Shown here piece by piece: positions 37,814 to 45,454 of a stretch of 53,475 nucleotides of DNA. Positions within the stretch are counted from its first letter, which is position 1. Each line of letters begins with the position of its first letter. The DNA comes from Pedosphaera sp. (lineage in GTDB: Bacteria; Verrucomicrobiota; Verrucomicrobiia; Limisphaerales; F1-12-MAGs170). The stretch lies in NCBI GenBank assembly GCA_009695275.1, contig SIBF01000004.1, positions 1 through 53,475 of the forward strand. Reading direction: 5' to 3'. The translations under genes were made by a program, and so were the position numbers. A model generated the notes under the pieces. That model worked only from the letters and a program-made list of their open reading frames with translations, was not told where the DNA came from and did no database searches.

Positions 37814-39256
37814 TCACGCAAGCAATTCACGGACGACCTGCCCATGGACATCCGTCAGCCGGCGGTTCGCGCCGCTGTGACGGATCGTGAGGCGTTCGTG
37901 GTCGAGGCCGAGCAGGTGAAGCACGGTGGCGTGGAAGTCGTGGTTGGTGGTCACGTCCCGGGCAGCGCGCCAGGACCACTCATCGCTTTCACCGCAGGCC
38001 GCACCTGGACGCACGCCGGCACCGGCCATCCACCCAACGAAAGTTCCGCCGTTGTGATCACGGCCTTCGCTTCCTTGCGAGAACGGCATCCGCCCGAACT
38101 CGGTGTTCCAGAGCACCAGCGTGTCTTCCAACATGCCGCGCGCCTTGAGGTCTCGGAGCAGGGCGGCCACCGGCTTGTCCGTCGCGGCGCACATGGGCGG
38201 GAGTTCCTTCTGGATGTTCCCATGGTTGTCCCAATTGTTCGTCGGGCCACCCGCGCCGCTCCACACCTGCACGAAACGCACCCCCCGCTCGATCAACCGC
38301 CGTGCGATCAAGCAACGCCGGCCAAAGTCTTCGGTCACCTTGTCATCGAGCCCATAAAGCTGGCGCGTCAGCTCCGTTTCGCCGGTGAGATCGAACACTT
38401 TGGGCGCGCTGAGTTGCATCCGGGCGGCGAGTTCGTAGGAGCGAATGCGGCCATCCAGACGCGTGTCTCCGTCGTTCGCTTCGAGATGGCGGGTGTTCAA
38501 TTTTCCCAGCAACGCGAGGCCGTCCGTGCTGGCGTCAGGCGTGAGGTACTTCGCCGTCGCAGGCGGACGCAGGTGCGCCATTGGTTCGGCGAGCGCGGTG
38601 TTGATGATTGTCCCCTGATGCTGCACCGGGAGGAAGCCGCTGCTAAAATTTCCCTTTTGGTTGTAGGGCAGTCCGCGGGCATCCGGCAGGACGACGAACG
38701 ACGGCAGATCATCGCTCACCCGGCCCAGCGCGTAACTCACCCACGATCCGAAACACGGGAAGCCGGGAATCAGAAAGCCGGTGTTCATCAGGTAACTGGC
38801 CGGCCCATGCACGTTGGTGCGCGAAGTCATCGCCATGAAGAACGCGAGATCATCGACACACGTCGAGAGATGCGGCAACAGGCTGCTGACCCAACGACCA
38901 CTCTGGCCGTGTCGTCGAAGCTCGAACTGCGGCTTCAACACCTTGCCTGGCTCGCTCGTCGGGGCCTCGACGCGCTGGCCGCCGCCCGGATCGAACTTCT
39001 CTCCCGCGCGTTTGAACAATTCCGGCTTGTGATCGAACAAATCCATCTGGCTCGCGCCGCCGTTCATGAACAACTGGATGACGAATTTCGCGCGCGGCGG
39101 ATGATGCGGGATGAGCGGATGGCTGACGGCTCCTTCAGCGAGCAGTTTCTCGGTGCCGAGCAATTGAGCCAGCGCGACACCGCCAAGTCCGCCTCCGAAA
39201 CGCCACAAGAATTCGCGGCGGTTCAAGGCCTGGGAAGTAAGTTGGCCAGCGTTCAT
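37814..39256 (-). CDS. DUF1501 domain protein, Tat signal
   Basis: ATG 39256 gives MNAGQLTSQALNRREFLWRFGGGLGGVAL. GRDHNGGTFVGWMAGAG. Paralog of 12565..14019. Confidence 0.85.
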   Translation of the reverse strand: MNAGQLTSQALNRREFLWRFGGGLGGVALAQLLGTEKLLAEGAVSHPLIPHHPPRAKFVIQLFMNGGASQMDLFDHKPELFKRAGEKFDPGGGQRVEAPTSEPGKVLKPQFELRRHGQSGRWVSSLLPHLSTCVDDLAFFMAMTSRTNVHGPASYLMNTGFLIPGFPCFGSWVSYALGRVSDDLPSFVVLPDARGLPYNQKGNFSSGFLPVQHQGTIINTALAEPMAHLRPPATAKYLTPDASTDGLALLGKLNTRHLEANDGDTRLDGRIRSYELAARMQLSAPKVFDLTGETELTRQLYGLDDKVTEDFGRRCLIARRLIERGVRFVQVWSGAGGPTNNWDNHGNIQKELPPMCAATDKPVAALLRDLKARGMLEDTLVLWNTEFGRMPFSQGSEGRDHNGGTFVGWMAGAGVRPGAACGESDEWSWRAARDVTTNHDFHATVLHLLGLDHERLTIRHSGANRRLTDVHGQVVRELLA

Positions 39257-39260
39257 TGTT

Positions 39261-39734
39261 TCATTTTGTTTCCGCCACAGAGGTGTGGTCATGGATGATC
39301 CGCCAGCCTTCGGGCATTTTAAGCAGGATGAGCGTGAAGACTCCGGAGCCTTCACCATTCGCACCTTTTTGGTGCCAGCGGCCAAAGGCCATCGCGGTGT
39401 CCGGCGAAAGAATTTTAATCTCCACGTTGGAAAAAGTTGTGGTACCCATCGCCGCCGGATCGGCGTAGCGCTTCCGATAGCGATCAAATACCTGCTGCCA
39501 CCCAAGCATGACGTTACCACCGGACGCGAAGCGCGTTGTGTCCGATTTCGCGTAGCCTTCCATGAACCCGGCCAGATTGCCCACGTTCCAGTCGCGGACC
39601 TGTTGAGCCAGCATCCCACGGATGGCGGCTTCTCTGGACGCTACATTCGTCTGTGCCTGGGGCGTTCGGCAGCCGTTGACTGCCAATGCTGCTGCCAGCA
39701 TTGCGATGGCGAGGAACAGGAATGAAAGTCTCAT
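39261..39734 (-). CDS. DUF4440/SnoaL-like (NTF2 fold) lipoprotein
   Basis: Lipobox LAVNGC. WNVGNLAGFMEGYAKSD...GWRIIHDHTS is typical of the YybH/DUF4440 group. Sits between the PSCyt/PSD and DUF1501 genes with 4-nt gaps. Confidence 0.6.
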   Translation of the reverse strand: MRLSFLFLAIAMLAAALAVNGCRTPQAQTNVASREAAIRGMLAQQVRDWNVGNLAGFMEGYAKSDTTRFASGGNVMLGWQQVFDRYRKRYADPAAMGTTTFSNVEIKILSPDTAMAFGRWHQKGANGEGSGVFTLILLKMPEGWRIIHDHTSVAETK

Positions 39735-39738
39735 GGCA

Positions 39739-42480
39739 TCAATTCACAAACACGAATTCATTGCTGTTGAACAGGAGCCGGCACAGGTTGGCCAGTCCAT
39801 GTTGCTTTGCGTAGGCCGACAATTCGCGCGCTTCATCGGCATCCGGTAAACGCCCCCAGGTCCACTCGCAAGCTTCGTTGATGCTATGTTCCAGACCGGT
39901 TGCCCCACGGTCGAGCTGCGAGGCAAAGTGTTCGGCATAGCGGACCGTGAAGGCACTGTTCCAAAGCGCGAGCGCTTGTTGCACAGTCACGGAGTTGTTG
40001 CGCACCGGGGCGAGTTGATCACCCGCCGGGCAGTCGAGCGCGTCCATCATCGGATCCGGCAAGGTGCGGAAAAGGAAACGATACACGCTGCGCCGGCGGG
40101 CCATGTCGCTATCCACGTCGAACTTTGTGTAATCGACTTTTGGCGTGACATGAATGCCTGGCTGCAGATCGAATTGCTGATCGCTCGGCCCACCCATGCG
40201 CAGCTCCAGCCGGCCGGACATGAGCAGAATGGCGTCACGCACCTCCTCGGCATCGAGCCGTGTGCGGTTCATGCGCGAGAGGTAGCGGTTGTCGGGATCA
40301 GTCGTGTCCAGTTTTCCAGCCGCCTGCCGGTAACTCGCGCTGGTAACGATCAATCGATGAAGCTTCTTCAACGAGCCCCCGGCGTCGTCACGGAACCAGA
40401 CTGCCAGCCAGTCCAACAACTCGGGATGAGTGGGTGCCGATCCCATGCGTCCGAAATCGTTGACTGTCTCGACAATTCCGCGCCCGAAATGAAGGTGCCA
40501 GATGCGATTGACGATGGAGCGCCACACAAATGGATTCTCGGGATGCGTGAGCCAGCGAGCCAGGGCCGCACGGCGGGGACCTTCGACCTTCGCATCAGCG
40601 ATTGCGAATTGACTCGGCAGCGCGCGCGCACAGGAGAGAGTGCCTGGAGATGCGAGTTCGAGAGGCTTCGTGATTTCGCCGCGCCGCAGCATTCGCACTT
40701 CTCGTGGAGCACCGGCAGGCTTGTGACTGGCGTCCGGGGGGAAATCACTCGCTCCGGCAAAGACCAGCGCAGGCTTTGGAAGCCGGGAGAGGTCGCGCGT
40801 GATCCGTTCGCGTGCGACGAACGTGGCGAGCTGCAAGCGCTGCTCTTCGGTGCGTTCGCGTGGGGCGATCTTCACGAGCTTGTCGATCGTCTCGGGAACG
40901 ATTCTTACGGGCACTGGCGCATCAGTGATTGCCAGCCGCAGGCGTCCGATCAGATGCCCTGCGCCATGAAGTTGTTTCAGCGTGATGACAAGCTTCGAGC
41001 CGTCCGGCACGGACGCGGCTTGAGCAAGTTCGAAAACAGCCTGGTGCGACTCACCTTCACGCGGATGAACTCCCCACGCGGTCTTCTCGTCGCTGTCCAG
41101 CGCGTGACGGATCGTCCATCCGTCCTGATCGAAATCCGAACTGGCGTTGGTGAGGGAGAGCACGCGCGGAACTTCCGCCCCGCGCTCAAACAGGAACGCC
41201 TGAAATTCGCTGAGGTGCAGGTTGCCATTTTCATTCCTGCCCGGCCCGCTCTTTGGCAGGCGCTCATCCGCCAGTAATTCGAGACGAATTGCCGTCAGTT
41301 TTGGCAGGCCAACGCTCGTGGTGATCGTGTAGGTGTCCCGCTCCGGACGCGTGCCACTGGCGAACAACGACGCGTCCGATTGCCGCTTCAACGTGGTCCC
41401 GTTGGCCGAGAGGAACGTCTCCGGTTCCAGGACTTGCCATGCCGGCGGGTGGTGCTGTTGTTCCTCCCAGTCGGCGACGTCGCGCGCCGCCGCATCACTC
41501 AACAGAAGCGCGCGGTCACCCTGAGCGGCGCGCTTCAAGAACTCCTGCAACTCGCGCCTGCGCTGGTGAACCGTCTGATCGGGATCGTAAAAGCGATTAG
41601 CCTTGTCGGTGCCGGCGAACACGGCTTGGAGCGCGTAATAATCCCGCTGCGGGATTGGATCAAACTTGTGATCGTGGCAGCGGGCGCATTGAACAGTCGT
41701 GCTGGTGAACGTCTGCATCACCGTCGTCACGATGTCATCCCGATCAATATAGCGGGCACTCTGGCGATCCAGGGTATCTTCGCGAATGTCACGCAACGAA
41801 CTTTCATCCCACGGGCCTGAGGCCAGCAGTCCCATCGCCACGATCCCTTGCGGGTCTTCAGGGAACAGCACATCCCCCGCGACCTGCTCCTGCACGAAGC
41901 GTGGGTAGGGTTTGTCCGCGTTGAACGCGCTGATCAGGTAATCGCGGTAAGGCCACGCGTTCGTGCGGATGCGATCCTGATCATGGCCGTGGGTCTCGGC
42001 GAAATGAACCGCATCCATCCAGAGCCGCGCCCAGCGTTCGCCAAAGCGCGGGCTTTCGAGCAGGCGGTCCACCAGCCGCTCGTAAGCGTTCGTTGAGGTG
42101 TCGTTGAGAAACGTGCTGATTTCTCCCGGCGAGGGTGGAAGACCCGTGAGGTCAAAAGAGACGCGGCGAATGAGTGTCCTCCCATCCGCTTCGCCTGCCG
42201 GCTTGAACCCCTTTTGGTCCAGCCTGGCCAGGATGAACTCATCAACCGGATTGCGTGCGGGGTTTCCCCCGGAACTTGCGAAAGAATGATTTTGAACCGC
42301 TGGTCTGACCAGCGGGCGAATGGCCCACCACTCATTGGTTTCAGTCGCACCGAGCCTTACCGCCAGCGAAAGGACGAGCCCGCAAAGAACCGGACTCCGT
42401 CGTTTGCGAATCACATGGCAAAGAAGCAAGCCAAGACCGTTCAACAACGAACGGAAGTTCAACCTGGCTGTCTGGGTCAT
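39739..42480 (-). CDS. DUF1549/DUF1553 (PSCyt2/PSD1) domain protein, long form
   Basis: CARCHDHKFDP, RWARLWMD, WRSIVNRIWHLHFGRGIV and LHRLIVTSASYRQ. ATG 42480 is chosen because the track start 42663 would overlap the divergent Gfo/Idh/MocA gene. Confidence 0.85.
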   Translation of the reverse strand: MTQTARLNFRSLLNGLGLLLCHVIRKRRSPVLCGLVLSLAVRLGATETNEWWAIRPLVRPAVQNHSFASSGGNPARNPVDEFILARLDQKGFKPAGEADGRTLIRRVSFDLTGLPPSPGEISTFLNDTSTNAYERLVDRLLESPRFGERWARLWMDAVHFAETHGHDQDRIRTNAWPYRDYLISAFNADKPYPRFVQEQVAGDVLFPEDPQGIVAMGLLASGPWDESSLRDIREDTLDRQSARYIDRDDIVTTVMQTFTSTTVQCARCHDHKFDPIPQRDYYALQAVFAGTDKANRFYDPDQTVHQRRRELQEFLKRAAQGDRALLLSDAAARDVADWEEQQHHPPAWQVLEPETFLSANGTTLKRQSDASLFASGTRPERDTYTITTSVGLPKLTAIRLELLADERLPKSGPGRNENGNLHLSEFQAFLFERGAEVPRVLSLTNASSDFDQDGWTIRHALDSDEKTAWGVHPREGESHQAVFELAQAASVPDGSKLVITLKQLHGAGHLIGRLRLAITDAPVPVRIVPETIDKLVKIAPRERTEEQRLQLATFVARERITRDLSRLPKPALVFAGASDFPPDASHKPAGAPREVRMLRRGEITKPLELASPGTLSCARALPSQFAIADAKVEGPRRAALARWLTHPENPFVWRSIVNRIWHLHFGRGIVETVNDFGRMGSAPTHPELLDWLAVWFRDDAGGSLKKLHRLIVTSASYRQAAGKLDTTDPDNRYLSRMNRTRLDAEEVRDAILLMSGRLELRMGGPSDQQFDLQPGIHVTPKVDYTKFDVDSDMARRRSVYRFLFRTLPDPMMDALDCPAGDQLAPVRNNSVTVQQALALWNSAFTVRYAEHFASQLDRGATGLEHSINEACEWTWGRLPDADEARELSAYAKQHGLANLCRLLFNSNEFVFVN

Positions 42481-42628
42481 GGTCGGGAGAATAGTCGCCA
42501 CACTTCCGCACGCAAGCACAGGCAATAGTCCTCGGCGACGGTCGAATGCTGCGGAGAACTCAATTTCTGATTGGTTCAGTTTAGAATTCCGCTTGCCAGA
42601 CACGCGTCCGGTGCCTACCAGAGACGGC

Positions 42629-44014
42629 ATGAACCGCCGTAAATTCCTCAAGCAAAGCTCCACCGTAATCGCCGCCGCTGCCGTCGCTTCCTATGTTCCC
42701 ACCACTTTCGCCGCCGGGAAGTCGATCCGCGTCGGCCTCATCGGCACGGGCTGGTACGGCAAGAGCAGTTTGCTTCGCGCCATTCAGGTAGCGCCGATCG
42801 AAGTCGTTTCGTTGTGCGACGTGGATAGCAAGATGGCTGGTGCCGCCGCCGACCTGGTGGCCACCCGCCAGCTTTCCAAGAAGAAGCCGCGCATCTACTC
42901 GGACTTCCGCAAAGCAATCGCCGAGAAGGATGTGGACATCATGATGGTCTCGACGCCAGACCACTGGCATGCCATTCCGGCCATCACCGCGATGCAGGCA
43001 GGGTTCGACGTGTATTGTGAGAAGCCGACCGGCGTGGATGTGGTTGAGAGCCAGTCGATGGTGGCCGCCGCACGGAAGTACAACCGCGTGATGCAGGTCA
43101 ACACTCAGCGCCGCAGCACGCCGCACCTGATCGAGGCAAAGGAGGAGATCATCAAGGCCGGTCTGCTCGGCAAAGTGCAGAAGGTCGAGATCGGGGTCTG
43201 GTGGCACATGCGCAACAACATGCCCGTTTCGGAGGCCCCGGACATCGCGCCACCGGAAGGATTCGATTACGAGATGTGGACCGGTCCGGCGCCAAAGCAG
43301 CCCTTCAACAAGATCATTCACTCGCGCGGCTGGCGGGCCTACATGGAATACGGCAACGGCATCGTCGGCGACATGTGTGTTCACATGTACGACATGACCC
43401 GCTGGTTGCTCGACCTCGGCTGGCCGAAGAGCATCACATCCTGGGGCGGCATCCTCAACGACCGCAATTCGCGCGCAAACATCACCGACACGCAGACGGC
43501 GATCTACCAGCACGACGACTTCGACGTGACGTGGAACCATCGCACCTGGGGCAAGTCGCCCGAGCCCGACCCTGACTTTCAATGGTTCGGCACGATCTAT
43601 GGCGAAAAAGGCGTCCTCAAGTGCAGCGTGTTCCGCTACGACTGGATTCCATATTCGTCCGGCAAGGTCGAGCGCACGCGCAAGGCGTTGTTCGAATACG
43701 ACAAGCACCCCGAGGACAAGGCGGAGGAGAAGGAATGGAATCTCGAAGGCCACGTGGCCTCCGCGATGCGCCGGCATTGGCTGAATTATCTCAACGCGAG
43801 AGAGAACCGCGGCAAGATTCTGCCCGTCGCCGACATCGAGCAGGCGCACATCTCCAGCTCGTCGTGCTTCCTGGCCAACCTTTCGCAGAAGCTGGGCCGC
43901 ACGCTCGAGTTCGATCCCGCCACGCATACGGTGAAAGGCGATGCCGAGGCGAACCGGCTGCTGGCCCGGCCTTACCGCACACCTTGGGTCCACCCGACCC
44001 CGGACAAAGTCTGA
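42629..44014 (+). CDS. Gfo/Idh/MocA family oxidoreductase, Tat signal
   Basis: MNRRKFLKQSSTVIAAAAVA Tat signal, then a Rossmann motif IRVGLIGTGWYG and EKP motif (VYCEKPT). Confidence 0.85.
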   Translation: MNRRKFLKQSSTVIAAAAVASYVPTTFAAGKSIRVGLIGTGWYGKSSLLRAIQVAPIEVVSLCDVDSKMAGAAADLVATRQLSKKKPRIYSDFRKAIAEKDVDIMMVSTPDHWHAIPAITAMQAGFDVYCEKPTGVDVVESQSMVAAARKYNRVMQVNTQRRSTPHLIEAKEEIIKAGLLGKVQKVEIGVWWHMRNNMPVSEAPDIAPPEGFDYEMWTGPAPKQPFNKIIHSRGWRAYMEYGNGIVGDMCVHMYDMTRWLLDLGWPKSITSWGGILNDRNSRANITDTQTAIYQHDDFDVTWNHRTWGKSPEPDPDFQWFGTIYGEKGVLKCSVFRYDWIPYSSGKVERTRKALFEYDKHPEDKAEEKEWNLEGHVASAMRRHWLNYLNARENRGKILPVADIEQAHISSSSCFLANLSQKLGRTLEFDPATHTVKGDAEANRLLARPYRTPWVHPTPDKV

Positions 44015-44048
44015 TCAAACACCAGAGCTCCTCTTAGCCGTAATTACC

Positions 44049-44193
44049 CAGTTGAAATGGAGAGCGCGGTCGTCTCGACCGCTGTTCTCGGCGTCTCGCC
44101 GAGAACTCAGTGGGCGTGACCAGTCACCAGAGGGTGGGTTTCCGGAGCGGACGAGCTGGTCAGCGAGACGCTGACCAGGGCGTGCGAGACGCA
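44049..44193. repeat. REP-like palindromic doublet (REPIN-like), intergenic
   Basis: Ends are ggagagcgcggtcgtctcgaccgc and gcgtgcgagacgcacgcgctcccc. Internal hairpins are gttctcggcg-tctc-gccgagaac and ctggtcagcg-agac-gctgaccag. Lies between convergent genes. Confidence 0.75.
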
Positions 44194-44219
44194 CGCGCTC
44201 CCCAATTGCGACTGAATAG

Positions 44220-45362
44220 TTACGGTTTAGTCGCTGAATTGCTGAAGCGGGGATTCCAAAATCGGCGTTCTATGAACCGGTGAAACAAACTGCCAAGCAG
44301 GATCGTTACGCCCACGCAGCAAGGAATCCGTAGTAGCAGAATCCCCATCGGGGTGTCGGCACCAGACGAATCAAAGGCATGCCCCACGAGCCGCACCACC
44401 GGCCAATGCACCAGATAAAGGCTGTAGCACATTAGTCCCAGAAAACGCAGTGGAGATAGAATCTGAAGGTTATACGCGGTGCCGTCCCATCGCTTCAGTC
44501 CGAGGATCAGCAGGGCGTAGGAAAATGCCGCCAGGTACGCTTGATTGAGTGGAAGCCGGAGTTGTCGCAAGTCTGGCACTGCCCACAGGATGCCGACCAC
44601 AAGCGGGAGACAAAACCAACCCCATCTTCGCAAGGGGACGTAATTCGAAACGTAATAGACCAGAACTCCCGAAGCGAACATCAGCCATTGACCATCGAGA
44701 AACAGGCCCTCCGTGCGCAACGTTCGCAGTGGAAACAGAACCAGGACGGTTACGATCAGCGTCACCAAACTCAGTGCATGAAAGAAAAATCGGCGCGTGA
44801 CGACCAACGCCAAACCTACCAGGAAATAGAACTGCTCTTCGAAACACAGCGTCCACGAAGGCGGCAGCAGGGGGTTTTCAGAGCCGCCAGTCAGATGCCA
44901 TCGCCAGGTTTCGGTCAGACTCAAATTCCCAAGCCACTGCCATCTCTTCAGTGATTGTGGCGGCGGGACGCCAAGAGCTTCAAAATAGCTCGCAGGAAGA
45001 AACCCCTCAGACAGCCATGCGAACAAGGCTGTCATAGCAAGCGCAGCCCAGAATGGCGGGTAAATCCGCCGGAAGCGTCGCCAGAAGAAAAACTTTGCCG
45101 CGCCAGGTTCCGATCGTAATAGGTCCGCCGATGCCGTGACGCAGTAGCCGCTGATCACAAAGAAGAGTGGAACTCCAATCCAGCACTTTCCCAGGATCGC
45201 AAAGATGCCAGCAGTCACGCCGCTGGTCTCCTGGAGCGGACTTCGCGCGGAATGATAAACGACGACGAGAAGGCAAGCAAAGCCCCGCCACAACGTCAGT
45301 GAGTCATAGCGAACTCGTGAGTGTGTTTCTCCGGCATTCTGCCTTTGGTCTTCCAGCTGCAA
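44220..45362 (-). CDS. Acyltransferase family 3 (OafA/YrhL-like) membrane protein
   Basis: RYDSLTLWRGFACLLVVVYH N-terminal motif, ~10 TM segments. The start is TTG 45362, since there is no upstream ATG. Confidence 0.8.
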   Translation of the reverse strand: MQLEDQRQNAGETHSRVRYDSLTLWRGFACLLVVVYHSARSPLQETSGVTAGIFAILGKCWIGVPLFFVISGYCVTASADLLRSEPGAAKFFFWRRFRRIYPPFWAALAMTALFAWLSEGFLPASYFEALGVPPPQSLKRWQWLGNLSLTETWRWHLTGGSENPLLPPSWTLCFEEQFYFLVGLALVVTRRFFFHALSLVTLIVTVLVLFPLRTLRTEGLFLDGQWLMFASGVLVYYVSNYVPLRRWGWFCLPLVVGILWAVPDLRQLRLPLNQAYLAAFSYALLILGLKRWDGTAYNLQILSPLRFLGLMCYSLYLVHWPVVRLVGHAFDSSGADTPMGILLLRIPCCVGVTILLGSLFHRFIERRFWNPRFSNSATKP

Positions 45363-45454
45363 ATCGTTTCACTCCACACACCGTGCGATAATCGGGCGAA
45401 AAGCCTTGCCAGCGGGGCCGTTTCTGACGCTCAACAGTGCCCGGTGAGAGAAAC

